A stretch of DNA of 64,000 nucleotides from Trichodelitschia bisporula. Taxonomy: Eukaryota. Shown here piece by piece: positions 1-12,981 of the stretch; within the stretch, counting starts at the first letter, position 1, and each line of letters begins with the position of its first letter. The position numbers were made by a program, and so were the translations under genes. A model generated the notes under the pieces. That model was not told the origin of the DNA. It saw only the letters and a list, made by a program, of their open reading frames with translations, and made no database searches. The DNA lies in the NCBI GenBank assembly GCA_010356995.1, contig ML996707.1, positions 124,001-188,000 of the forward strand, read 5' to 3'.

Positions 1-234
1 TGCGGGCTTGGGGGGTATTGGTGGGGGGGTGGTGGAGAGAAGGGAGGGGGGAGAGCGTGAAGGCAGAGAGAGAAAGGCAGAAGGGAGAGAGAGGGAAGCG
101 CCAAAGAGGCTTGTTTTTAGGGCCTTTTTTTGCTATCGGGAAGAAGTCATTCAATAGTTTTAGGGGGGTGGCTGTCACGCTTTACGCTCGTTCAACTGCT
201 TCAAATCGAGTGGGTTTCTCTTCTCTCTGTTCTC

Positions 235-294
235 TCTCATCGTCTTTCTCATCGCCTTTCTCACTCTCTTTCTTGCTCTCCTTCTTGCTCTCCC
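235..294. repeat. Degenerate 12-nt pyrimidine-rich tandem repeat (about 5 copies)
   Basis: TCTCATCGTCTT/TCTCATCGCCTT/TCTCACTCTCTT/TCTTGCTCTCCT/TCTTGCTCTCCC, within a GA/CT low-complexity region spanning 35-315. Confidence 0.7.
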
Positions 295-591
295 GATCTC
301 TCCCTCTTTTCTCTGCTAAGACGTGGTGAGGCTCCCAACTAAATTTAGAGAGTTTAGAGATCACTAGTGGCCTAGAGGAGTCCAAGAGTGGATAGAGAGC
401 TTACGAGGGGTGGATGCGCTAAAATGTAGTGGGGGGAGTGCGTACAAGCTGCAGAGGGGTGCAGAAGAGTTGCAGAGGGTGCAGGGCCCGAGAGGCGATC
501 CAACGACTCACCTCATTCGACTTTGACTAGACATGAACGACATGGGCAGCACGGGAGAACATACAAGAAGGTCAAGCTGGTCTCCAACAAG

Positions 592-616
592 TACGGTCTA
601 CGGTCTACGGTCTACG
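592..616. repeat. (TACGGTC)3 heptamer repeat
   Basis: tacggtc tacggtc tacggtc tacg read directly. Confidence 0.85.
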
Positions 617-741
617 AACTGTCTGCTGTCTGCATCTGTACAGCCAGCCATCAAGCCATCAACCATGCTCTAGTTCTATTGCCTTTACCCTTGACACACC
701 TGAACAGCTAGAGAACGAGGGGAGGGACAAGGAAGAAGGAG

Positions 742-774
742 GAGGAAGAGGAAGAGGAAGAGGAAGAGGAAGAG
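742..774. repeat. (GAGGAA)5 microsatellite
   Basis: Read directly; embedded in a purine-rich tract from about 720. Confidence 0.9.
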
Positions 775-3700
775 ACACCGACTGGACACCATTAATCCTC
801 TAGCACAAAACACCACGACACCCGAATCCCCCAAAACACATGCACGACAACCTACAGTACTGTACCTGCCAGTCGCTTCAGCCCGTGCTACCCTTACTGC
901 ACCTGCCTCCTCTCCCTCAATATCAAGTCCGGCCTCCTGTCTTCAGCCACGTCCTGTTCAAAATCCACAGCTTCTCCCCTCCAATGCCCTTCCCCTCGCC
1001 CTCTCTCCTCCATCCACCCGTTCGCCTCATCCAACTCCACTCGTCCACAGCTCGTCAGACGCGGCACAACCTGCAGCTCGCAGCTCGAAGCGGCATTCTG
1101 GCTTTCCCGCATCAAGCAAGGACAACCCCACCTTCAATGCCTCCCCTCTTCCCCCATCCTTTGTCGGAAAGCAAACCCTACACATGCAAATTCCTGAAAT
1201 CAGTCCAAATCAAGCGCACTCGAGCCTTCGGAGATGCCCTCAAATGCCATAGATTGTCCCCTTCATCTACCCATACAACTGTTTGGGACCCCTTGTTTCC
1301 ACGATCCACCCAAACGGGTGCGCTGCATGGTACACCAGCACGGGACGTACCCATCTGTGCGCGTCTCTAATCGGCAGAGAGGGGTCGAGCTGTGTTTCAG
1401 CATCGCTCAACGGGGCCTGAATACGTAGCTCGCCTCCCTCTGCAATTGACCTCGAGCATCAAATCGCCCAAGCGACCCTCCAAAAATTCCTCTTACCAAA
1501 AAAATATGCGTTGCCTACCCAACACACCATTGCCACCTCTCTCGCCTTTCCATCGGACCTTCGCGCGGGGCAACCCCGACGCCCGCATATTCCCACCGGA
1601 ATGTCTCCAAAACCTGCTTCTCACCACCACCAACCCCTCCACATGAAAGCAGCACGCAGCATCAACGGCCGCGCAAGCAGACGACCCTCACCCATCCCCT
1701 CTGCCCCGCAAAACACCAGCACCCGCATCATCGCAACCCCCACCCACCGGCTATCTCGGCCGCGCGATCGCACTCACCAACCCCACTATCGCGATATATT
1801 GCACTCACACCCATTGGGCCAGTGCGCACCGTATCGCCCCTCGCCCGCCGTCACGAGCACCTCACGATATCCCATCCCATCCCACCCGCTGCCCGTGCCC
1901 GGAGCCCTTTATCCCCACCCGCTCGTGCCGCTCTCATCACCACGCCCGTCTGCCCGCCCGCACCCGTAACCCCGCGCCGTTCACGCTCCCGCGGATGCAC
2001 CCGGCTCCCCTACCCCCCGGAGCGATCAGGAAGCCCCAGCCGGCCGGCCTCGGGGCCTGGTCCTGGCCGTGTGGGGGAGGCGCTCGGGGGAGCGCGGCTC
2101 CGAGGGCCCCGCTGTAGCATCCAGAAGTGCCGGAACTGCTAGAACTAGCTGCGAAGCAGCGCAGCAGCGCAGCAGCGCGGTAGCATCAACACTTACCATT
2201 GCTCCTTCCCACCGCTTCTTCCATCCCCCGTCTCTTCGCTCACCGTCAAAACAACCCGCAGTGCTTGCTGTGTTCGTGCATTACGCCACCCTATTGCATC
2301 CCTTCCCCCAGCCTCCGCATAAAACTCCCGCGCGCGCGCATGCACGCCCGTCCTCCGCAGCCGCACGGCCGTGACGCCACCAGTCAGCTTGCGCCGCGCG
2401 CCGCATAACCCCGGGCATTTCCCGTCCCGCTCGTGTTATGCAGCCGCGCCATTGTGCATTACCTTAGTCTCGCGGTTTGGGAACGTCCGGGAAGTAGCTA
2501 GGCGTAGGGTGCATCATCGCCGAGTCAAGGCCGGCCCCGTAAACTTCTTTCCTTGAACACGCTCATATGGAGGAGAGGTTGAGCAGAGGGCAAAGCGCTT
2601 TACGCAACGTATGAAGTCTCCCGTCCTCCGCACGCCGCCTTCGCCTCCGCATCCGCCCGCGCGCCACGAAATTTCGCTTCACACGCTCAGACCGCTCATA
2701 CCCCATCCTGATGGGACTAGCCTCATGCGGCTAGGATGCAGGTTAAGCCTTGTGGCGCGCCGGGCTGGTCTGTGCACGAGGCTGGCAGATCGGAAGCCGA
2801 ATACAGGGAACCGCTGTGGTTTGAGTGAGGAGTTGGAGACGGTGAGATTAAGAAAGGACTCGGGAGAGTACCGTAAGAATAGTTCGTGATGACGACATGG
2901 AGTGCAGGCGGGAAGATCTCCGCTGGCATGAGCTCACCCCCGGGACGATCCGACTGCGATCTCAGCTAAGACACGAACGAGTCCGGGGTAGACAAGGCTA
3001 GACTCTGTTCCAGGTGCAAGGCTGCTCGATCCTTCAACCGTCGCCGAAAACGCAAAGGGTTGCGGCGTGGTCAGGCTGAGGTATCGGTGGGAAAGGCTAC
3101 GTAGCTGCCCCGCGGCATGAAGCCACGGCCGGCCTCCTGGTCCCCGATCCAATGATAACTCCTTGTACAAGGCTCATCAAAATCCTCGCGCCCACATGCG
3201 GAAAGATGGAGAATTTGAACACAGCACCAGCCGAGGGGATAGGCCCGGCGGTCTTCCGACCCCACCGCTATGGTATAACCTCGCCCTCCCCCACCCCACC
3301 CCCGGTCGGGTACGTTGTACGGCATCCAGCTGCAGGCGCGCGCATGCGTTGGGATATGCGGGAGCATCCGGGGTCGCCGACTGCCTCGCTGGACCCCGAG
3401 AGCCGTCTATGTGGAGCATTACTGATCGAGTGGTTGCGGTTGGCGGAAGGGTATATGTGCTGCTCGTCATCTCCTCCTACGGGCCATGAAAGGCGGCCAC
3501 GTGGAGTGAGAACTTCAGGCGTGCCTGGATCGGTGCTGAGGGGCCGGATGCAGCTGCGGGATGTTGTGCGCATTTCACTGCGCTGCTTTGCAGAGTGGTA
3601 TCCCAGTTGGAGAGAGAAATTGCCGATACCGACGCCGATGCCGGTAGTTGAGGGTGAGGTCGCGGAGGCGTAGGACGGAGCGGTTCCGCATTCGTTGTTG

Positions 3701-5804
3701 CGTGCTGGCTCCATCCGTCGCTCCACCTCTAGCGACCAGTGAAAACTCCAAGCAAAAGCCGTGCAACCCGAGGGGTACGCGTCGCCTTATCCTAGTCTTG
3801 TAAGACCAACCACCTTGCGGCGTATGGCAACCCTTCTCAAGGGCCGTATGCCAATGGACATCGTTTGCTGTATCGAATGAAGCTTCGAAAGCGATGGAAG
3901 CATGCAGTGCGGGTGAAGACCTTGGAGTTCGTAACATGCATGATCAACTTTAGTTTCCTTTGTTGTCGACAATTGTCACAGCAGGTGCAATGTCAGACTC
4001 GATGAAGTGCGCGTCATCGAGCACATGCCGGATATCGGGCTCGTTCCCATTTCAGCACGTTAGCAGTACGGCCTCAAGACATGGGATGCACCCGCTGTAT
4101 GATTCTGTCGTCTATGCGGAAGTGCGGAGTAAGGTATTCGGCGATGGCCCTGGAAGTGACATCTGATGGCAGATTCCACCAAGTTTGAGTCCGAGCACCA
4201 TGTCCGGAAAGCATGGAGCCCTTCCCTGCGAGATCGAAGACCCCGTGTGAGTTGATGACGCTGATGTATCCTGCTCCCGCGGACTGGGTTGCGAAGGGTA
4301 CGTTAGGGAGGATCATTCCGCGCGGTGACATAATGCCCGCAGGTAGTTGGGACATCGAAAGGGCGCTTGCCAATAGATCATCTTCAGGGACACTTATGAC
4401 TCTGTGGGAAACGCTGAAGATGTGGGTGGTATGGCATGCAGTTTTGGGAAATCAGGCGAGTGGAAAAGACCCAACCGTTTACAGGCGTCTTACTCTATGA
4501 ACCTAACCCTTCGACTTGGATGTCTTTCCGGTGTGGGATGAGGGATGAGTTGTAAACTGAAGATAAGTAGAGGGCATGAGGTGCTGGATGAGGTGGTTAG
4601 GCGGTCGATAAAGTCAGTGCCGCCCAGGCCTTAATTTGGAGTAATGAAGCACGCAACCACTTTCTCCGCGGCCAGTGCGTCACAGGCTTGGGCGATACAC
4701 AACTCTGGGGAAAGGCACAGCCCAAGTTTCTCAAGACATGTCCTCCACCACGAAGACGTACATACCATCCACCACAAAGGCGCACCTACCCTCTACCGAA
4801 TATGTGCTCTGGGGCCAAATGCCCTTATGATGCCCTACCAAGGAACGGAACGGCCAGTATGTATCTATATAGGTACCTCCGCTTTCTCCCGCACTTCAAG
4901 CTCGTAAGCTCGGAACCCTTCCAGTCGTCCCCGTCAAGATATCTTCCTGTTACAGACTCTTCGTTCTGTCCGAGAAGTCTTAGAATCCTTCGACCACTCA
5001 GGGTTGGGATCGATGTTCTCGCTGACGCGGTGGCTTTCCGTGTGGCCGCGGTATCGATCCCCCTTCACAAGTGCACTCTACCGTACTAGCTATACCCGTA
5101 TCGGCGGCTCACCTTGAACTGATACAGTAGAGATTTTCTAGAACCGCGACTAAGGCCGCAGAGTACAGCACCGCAGTGGATGTTCTTGCTCGGAGAAGTC
5201 CACACTGAAACGTCAGTTCTGCTATTACCTTAGCACAACCAGCCCAGTCCTCGAAGTGGTGGCGTTGAAAACATGAATCGAGGGATGCCGATTCATCAAA
5301 CATTATCTGGGATTATGCACCTACTGGAAGACGTCTTCACCTCAGGTTTGGAGTGCATATAGCTGTTTGGCTACTGTCGAGATGTATCGACCTGAGCCCA
5401 GCAGATCCTATGGATGAAGACGAAGGGCTAGCTCGTGGATCGCTTGTTGCAGGGCTGAGTGGCTGGCTGTTTACCTGATTCGGTGGTGTGGTGGCCGATG
5501 GATCTGATCGACAAGGCGTTTGGACTACGGGATTATGAAACGGTGGGTTGGGGCTGATGAGCTGACAGACGTCTGCTACCTTCCGACGACCGGAGATGTC
5601 GAAGGCATTGCTCACACCCTGCCGCCTGAGAACCGTTTTTACAAGCCTCAACGACCACGGACACAGTCACGTGTCTTTAGATTAAAGGGCACAATGAGAA
5701 CGGTTTGAGGTTGTGTGCTCAGCTTGGCGAAACGCGTCCCTTTCATGCAGTTGGATCTTCAGAATCCTGCTGTACGGCACAGTCGGCATGCTTCAAGTCT
5801 AGAA

Positions 5805-5846
5805 GACGGAGAGAACGACGGAGAGAACGACGGAGAGAACGACGGA
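5805..5846. repeat. (GACGGAGAGAAC)3 12-nt tandem repeat
   Basis: Three exact copies plus a partial one; encodes DGEN repeats in the + frame 5715..5951. Confidence 0.85.
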
Positions 5847-7052
5847 CAGGACGAAGCTGACGGTGCGGATGACCAGAAAGGAAACGCATCCCCGGAGGCC
5901 GGGCCTCGCACTCTGCCCGCAATCACTACCCCAAATTGTCAGCAAGCCTGAATCTGGACGGTGGGAATGTGGGGAAGCACGGTGATGTACTGGCACATGG
6001 CGTTGATTAAGCTCCCTGGGCATCGCTTCATCTCGGATTGATCAAGGGTTCTCGGACGTAACGCACCGGACGGCTGTATGCATTCGGGCCGGGGTACGTA
6101 AGGTTGTGAAGTTGGAGCGTGGCGAGCCTCTTTGCCTTTTTCTCGATAAGTGGGACAACAGCACACGTGAACAACGGCGACATCGAGCAGCAGCCTGCTC
6201 TCTACCGCCCGCTGCCCGCCGCCATCTACTCGTCTCCAGCGCTGAAGCCTTGACCGGGTGCACATCTGCACATCCGGCTCCGCTTCCGAAGCATATATAT
6301 GGATCGGCCTCGCACGTGCGCCCGCCGCACAGTCTCTACGCCATATCACCGCACAGGAGCTACGTTTTAGGCGTATTTTCCGAACCGGTCACTCCTAGTA
6401 GGTCACTGGAGCATACTCAACTCACAACCGCCAGTATACATCCCTTCGTTCTCTTCGTTGCTCGCATTCAGTTATCCGCACCCCGGATCACCGCCGCTGA
6501 CCCTGGTCTATATCAACCCGCGCTCGGGCGGCGATATAAATGAAGTGCGTACAACTACTGGGACAACGACGCACGGCACATATGCCGGCCGCAAAGTCTA
6601 ATAAAAATGTGCTCATGGCGCGCACGCGTTTCACGCCCTTCGCCCACGGGAACGGAACACGCAAACCAGGCCAATCACGCGTTTACCCACGGAGAATTGC
6701 ACTGCCTATTTGAGGATGTGTATATTCATCGAGCTTGGTGGCATCGGCGCGCTAGACGTGCCGTCGAATGGCGCCAGACTCTGCCTGTTTGCCTCCGAGG
6801 TCGATCATGGAGTGAGCCCATTCGGCACCGGACCGTAGCATCTGCGTGTGCTTTGTGCTGTGCATTTGCCTTATGTCTACTGGCGGACGACGAGCCTGGA
6901 AATGGCCTCGCAGCACATGACATAAAGGCAGATAGATGAGCCCGCCCGGACACTCGGCTCTCAGTGGCCAACTATAACTTCACCTGCTTGTATCCTCCGC
7001 AAGCAGCGTTTGTGCCCCATCCTCTGTCACTCCTTACCCGAACACGCTCGCT

Positions 7053-9269
7053 ATGAAGCCCCTCACCCTCCTGCTGGGCCTCGCCGCCGTCGCCCACGGC
7101 TTGCCGCACGGCCCGGATGGCGACGAGCCCATGGCCGCGGCGCCCGCAGCGCCCGCCGCAACCACAGCCCCAGTCGCACCGGCCGCACCTGCGGCAGTAC
7201 CGAAGTCTTCAGTTCCCAAAGCTCCGAAGCTCCCGAAGATCACCCAGCCAAAGGCAGGCAAGGGAACGCCCAAGTCGCCTTGGGCCACTACTCCAAGGGC
7301 CCCGAAGGCCGTGGCGCCGAAGCCTGCCGCCCCCGCTGCTGCTCCTGTCGTTGCACCTGCCGTCGCGCAGGCACCTCCAAAGGCTGTCGGGAAGGCGACT
7401 CCCGCGGGCTGCAAACGCCTCGCTGGCGATGCCGAGTTCCCCGCGGCCGCTGCGTGGCGGGCAGCACTGCCTGGAGTGGATGCGCGTGACCACGATCTCC
7501 CTGCAAGTACCACGCGGCCGGACTACAAGTTCGTGGCGAAGACCGCGGCGGACGTGCAGAAGGCGGTGAAGTTTGTGGCCGACCACAACTTGCGGCTGTC
7601 GATTCTAAACTCTGGGCATGATTTCTTGGGCCGGAATGATGCGCCTAGCGGACTTGCGCTTGATGTCAGCAATCTCAAGGGGATACGGGTGCTGGAGAGC
7701 TTCACACCGAGCGCGAAGGGCGCCGAGCCCCCCCTACCTCAGGCGAATGTCATCACCCCGAAGGCGGGTACGCAGGCGGCCGTTACGTTCGGCGCGGCAG
7801 TTACCACGCAGGAACTCAATAACGCCATCAGCCCGTCGAAGCTGCTTACTATGGGGGCGGCACACGGTATGTCTCAATTCTATATCTTGCGCAGACACTG
7901 ACCTCCTGCAGGTAAAGTCAGCGTTGCAGGCGGCTGGGGTCAGACTGCCGGACACGCACCGCTGTCGAACAAGTACGGACTCGGAGTCGACCAGGTGCTG
8001 GAGTACAAGGTGGTAACGGCCGACGGGCAGTTGCGCGTCGCCAACAAGGTGTCCAACCCCGACCTCTTCTGGGCGCTGCGCGGCGGCGGCGGCGGTACCT
8101 TCGGTGTGGTCGTCGAAGCGACGGTCAGGGCGTATCCTGACCACCCGATCACGGTGTACAACTGGTGGCTCAATTCGACGCAGAACAACGGTGACGGACT
8201 GTGGGACGCCTATGCGTACCTGCACACACAGTTTCCGCAACTCAGCGCCAAGGGGATCAGCGGGTATTACTACAATTACGTGAACGCACTCAAGGGCATC
8301 TTCTTGCACGCCGAAAAGATCGAGGAGCCGGCTGCCGACGCTATCTGGATGCCGGTACTAAACAAGATGGCTTCGTATCCGACTATGAAGAACTACACCC
8401 GCAAGGTGTTCCACTACCCGACCTTCAAGGCGTACTTTGACGCGCGCTTTGGCTCCATCGACGGCAAAGCCGCGGCCACGAGCATGGCGGGAATGGCTGG
8501 GCATGAGGGGATGTCGGGCATGGCGGGCATGGCGGGAATGCCGGGAATGGCTGAGCGCGAGAGCGTGGCAGACATGGCGGACACGGAAGGTCAGATGATC
8601 CACAGCTTCTACAAGCGGCACGGGCCGGACGACATGGGCGGGCCGATGGCCATGGGGATCGTGCCGCTGGACTCACGGCTGCTGGGCCAAGAGGCCTTCC
8701 AGCACCCCGACCTGAAGAGCCTGCTCAAGGCAGGCAATCCGAAGGCGTCGTTGGACGGTTACCTCGGCCATTTGACCGCCGGTGGCAAGGTACTCACCCC
8801 TGATGAGGACACGGCTGTGCTGCCGGCGTGGCGCAAGGCGTACGTGCATCTCATCGGGCTTAATGTGCCGGGCAAGTTTGACGCCGGGTCGCACCTGCGG
8901 AAGCTGGCGCCGGCTTCGGGCGCGTACGTGAATGAGGTTTGTCTTTCATCAATGTGGAGTTCGTAGCTGACAGTTCAGGCGTACTACGGTGAACCCGAGT
9001 GGAAGACGCAGTTCTGGGGCTCCAACTACCCGAAGCTCTCGTCCATAAAGACCAAGTACGACCCGCAGACAGTGTTCTGGGTCACTCCGGGCATCAACGC
9101 TGACCACGCTGTCGTGCGTGACGGGCGGGTTTGTATACTCGGGTCGGTGGCCGCGACGAATAGCACCGGGGCCGTGGCGAACGACAATCACAACGCACGA
9201 CCACCGAATGCAAACGGTGAGGGTACGGGGAATGAGGATGGGCTGTCAGCGTTTCCAAAGGGAAACTAG
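7053..9269 (+). CDS. Secreted FAD-linked oxidoreductase, berberine-bridge-enzyme-like (FAD_binding_4 + BBE). Exons 7053-7866, 7912-8936, 8979-9269
   Basis: Signal peptide; Pro/Ala/Lys-rich linker; NSGHDFLGR (FAD-attachment His); GGWGQTAGH..LS.KYGLGVDQVLE; DLFWALRGGGGGTFGVV; GAYVNE|AYYGEPEWKTQFWGSNYPKL..IK.KYDP. Introns 7867-7911 (GTATGT..CTGAC..CAG) and 8937-8978 (GTTTGT..CTGAC..CAG) restore the frame. Confidence 0.93.
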
Positions 9270-9573
9270 GGAAATAGCGGAGGAGAGAAAGGCGTTGAAG
9301 GCCGCAGTACGCGGGCAGGAGTCCCACTGTATATGAAGAATGTAGCGCGCAAATATCTCAAAAACGATGTAAACTACGAAGTACTCTCTCCAGAAAAGCC
9401 CAAGGCGGCATTCCGCCCTATTTTTGGTTAGCAGCGGGTGCCGCCATGTGCCCTCATCTATGACATACAACCCCAGCGCGCCCGCGGCCCAGCCCATATA
9501 TATCGCTCGGCCGCACACGCGTCACGACGCCTTAAGTCCCTCGTTCCGCCGGTAGCCAGCGCCAAAATGCATC

Positions 9574-10940
9574 ATGCTCCCTTTTCTCCCCCTCTTACTC
9601 CTCCTCCCCCTCGCCCCCGCCGCTCTCCCCCCACCCCCTCAAAACCAAACCTACGCAACATGGATGGCCAGCTCAATCCTCGCCCGCGGTCAAGGCCTCG
9701 GACTTAACCCCCGCGGCCGCCCCGCCGTCAGCTACGAGCACGGCACCTTCCAGACCGCGCTGCTGAGACTGCATAATGCGACAGGGGAGGCGCGGTGGTT
9801 AGACGCTGTGCGGCGTGGCTTGGACACGATTGTGCGAGACGAGGGGCGGGATATTGCGGGGTATGACCGGGGGCGCGCGGCGCTGGACGATATACGGGTT
9901 GGGGAGGGGCTGCTGGTTATGTGAGTTTCATCGCGGGACGGGCCGGGGTGAGGCTGGGCAAGGCTGATATTCCAGGTACGAGAGAACGCGCAATGCGAGT
10001 TATCTCCGCGCGGCAGCGTTGCTGCACGACCAGCTTGCGACGCAGCCAAGGACCCCGGAGGGTGGGTTTTGGCATAAGCGGCGGTATGCGCAGCAGCAGT
10101 GGCTGGATGGGGTGTATATGGCACAGCCGTTCTATGCAAGGTGGGCAGTGGGGGGGTATGAGGCACGGGGGGGGCAGGGTGGGGGTGCGGAGCGCGTGTG
10201 GAGTGATGTCGGCACGCAGTTTCGGGTCATTTGGGCGCATTGTGCGGATCGGAAGACGGGGTTGTTGAGGCATGGGTATGATTATTCGAGGAAGGTGGTG
10301 TGGGCGGACCCGGTGTCGGGGGCGAGTCCGGAGGTCTGGGGGAGGGTAAGGGTTCTCGCTCCTATTTTGTGCATGGCTGATGGTTAGGCTGTTGGGTGGT
10401 ATGTCATGGCTCTTGTTGATCTGCTTGCGGCGACGGCGCCGATACCCGCGGAGCATCCGACGTATGCCCTTTTGCTGGGGCAGTTACGCTTGTTGCTCCC
10501 GAGGGTTGCTGATGCGGCGGATAAAGAAAGCGGTGGGTGGGCTTTGGTGGTATCGCAGCCGATTAACAGGCCTGGGAATTACATGGAAAGCAGCGGGAGC
10601 TTGATGTTCGTGTACGCATTGCTGCGGGCGGTACGACTGGACTTAGTGGAAGATCCGGGAGGACGTCTAGTCGGAGTGGGGCGACGGGGATTTGAGTCCG
10701 TGGTCAAACGGTACCTTGTCAAGAATCGAGACGGGACGGTGAGTCTAGAGGGAACGGTGCGGGTGGGGAGCCTGGAGTGAGTAGCGCCTACCTTGTTCTG
10801 CCATTTATGGGACTGACGGAAGTAGTGAGGACGGCGATTTCGAGTACTACACCAAGATCAATAGAGTCAGGGACGATCTCAAGGGGACGGCGCCCTTTGT
10901 GCTCGCGGCGTTGGAGTATGAGATGCTAAGAGACAGGTAG
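9574..10940 (+). CDS. Secreted glycoside hydrolase family 105 (unsaturated rhamnogalacturonyl hydrolase, YteR-like). Introns 9921-9975, 10346-10387, 10777-10825
   Basis: Signal peptide; SYEHG, LDDIRVG, QPRTPEGGFWHK..Y.QQ.WLDGVYMAQPF, TGLLRHGYD, VWGR|AVGWYVMALVD, NYMESSGS, DDLKGTAPFVLAALEYE. All three introns are canonical and restore one frame. Confidence 0.93.
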
Positions 10941-11611
10941 TCAGATGAAACTTGCGCAATTCGATGTCACCCAAGGCATGGCCTGAAGTCGCTCAAGAGC
11001 TAGCTCGCGGCAGGATGTCATTCCACACACATCAAATAGCCTGCATGATCTGGTCCTTGTCCGTATTGTCTTCAGCGTTGTGGGAGCCCGCTCCGTTTGA
11101 GGTGCTTTGCGGATACTTGTCCATTGCGGATCCGTTCACGGTGCCGGGTACTCATCTGATGCAGGCTCAGAGTATTCAGTGTTTCTCGAGGACAGGACCG
11201 CTGTGAACCGCTGTAGTGGCGGCCACGAAGTGGACGAACCATGTGAAAAACCTCAACCTGACTTCCATGCTGAAAAAAGCGTACCAATTTTCCGTGTATC
11301 CCCCTTTCAGGAGGCCGCATTAGCTCTGGAATCCTTGCGAGCTCCAACTGCAAAGCCCGTTGTCCATTGCTTTGTGAAGCTCGGGTGTCTTTGCTTGTTC
11401 TGAACTGGCTTGTGTGGGTTCCTGTCCTTTGTTCGATATTCTTTATTCACGGCTTCCATTTCCCCTTTGCTAGCGTCCACTGGAGACAAGGCGTGTCGGC
11501 GTCGGTGGCATGTAGCAATGGCATTGTCTCCGCGCTGACACATAAAGGGGTCGCCGCCTCTGGAGACATTGTGTAGCATCTAGGACCTCATCTTCAGCCT
11601 CACATCCAACC

Positions 11612-12121
11612 ATGCGCTTCAACTTCACAAAATTGGCGGGAGCACTCACCTTGGCCCTCTCCGGCCTCACCAATGCCGCCCCTTACGAGTACGCCAACAG
11701 TACAGGATCTCAAGCCGCCCCCTCCGGCACAGCTTCAGCCCAATCCACCAGCACAGCTCCGGCCCAGTCCACTGGAAATGGAACCGTACCTGCTCCTGTC
11801 GAAGGGACCAAGTTTATCTACTTCATGACCAACGAGCCGTGGCACAGCGGATATGCCAGCTGGCACGAATTCACGGCCTCCTTCGGCCGTTGCATGCAGC
11901 TGATGGCCCCTTGGGCCAAAAATCTCACCGCATTCACCAACGACTATGTCGGCCAACCATATCGTCTGAACTGTACTTTGTACGATTCAGTGAATTGCGC
12001 AGCCACCCCGAGCGCCAAGGTTATCTCTCGCTTTAATGTGAATTGGCGGGACGGAGGCAACGGAACCTTTGGATATGGCAAGACTGTCCAGTCTTTCGCT
12101 TGTTGGGGATCGCTACTGTAG
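11612..12121 (+). CDS. Small secreted 4-Cys protein (169 aa) with Ser/Thr linker; possible beta/gamma-crystallin-like fold
   Basis: Signal peptide MRFNFTKLAGALTLALSGLTNA; start context CCAACCATG; Cys pattern GRC..L..PW / CTLY...NC / SFAC; single exon. Confidence 0.8.
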   Translation: MRFNFTKLAGALTLALSGLTNAAPYEYANSTGSQAAPSGTASAQSTSTAPAQSTGNGTVPAPVEGTKFIYFMTNEPWHSGYASWHEFTASFGRCMQLMAPWAKNLTAFTNDYVGQPYRLNCTLYDSVNCAATPSAKVISRFNVNWRDGGNGTFGYGKTVQSFACWGSLL

Positions 12122-12981
12122 GCAGCAGGCCGACGAAGTGGTAACAGCATAGTTGGCGGGGAAAGTTCAAAGGGAGGCAATTCCCTATTTCTATTGAATT
12201 TTAGATCTTGAATCAAGATTGTTGAAGGCGATTGCTGGCCAAGTGGAATGAAATGCCCGATTTGCGCCGATTTACAATTCCAAGTACTGCAGGCAAGTTT
12301 GCCAACGCGAATTGTAGCGTATGTAGTCATGCCTGCCTCCCGTTGCATTCGGTATGTATATTCCAAGATTGAGAGCGGCATTCCACTCAAACAGCGATAC
12401 GGATGCAATGCAATAGAGATGACGTCGAACCGACGCGTCGCGAGTCGTGGGCCCAGGCCGCAAGGCTACAATGTGGCGTCGGGACCCCCAGGCGTGCCGT
12501 GCCAAAAATAACCGGCCCGATCCTTCGGGTGCGTAGCGTCTGATTTGTCCACCAAGCCGCTGGCGTGCAGCGGGAAGCCGATGTCATGCATGGCAGGTTC
12601 GCAGCGTCGGTTCATCCCACCGCAAGCCTCGGCCGTCAAACACCTCGCCTTCTTCAACTCCACCCTTATCGCGATACCGATCCCTCGTTCTCGCCAATTC
12701 CCCGATCGCACTCACCATGGCCAACCGCAGCTACCCACGGGCACTAACGCCGCCCGCAACTATAACCCCCGCGAAGCGGCGTCCCACTCAATTCCACTCA
12801 ATCACACCTCACCCCCACCCCCATCCCGGCCCGAACAGCCCTATCACCACGCACCGCGCAAATTGCCCGCCAGGCACGCAATATATGCCCGCCAATCTCG
12901 CGGCCCGCGCGTTCCGCGGCCAAAGAATATAATAGCAAGGCACAGTACGCATCCCTCGCCCTTGCTCGTCATCGCCGAAAA

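Noticed and set aside
840..2900. Several Pro/Ser/Arg-rich ORFs
   Set aside because: Products of C-rich non-coding DNA; no domain or splice support.
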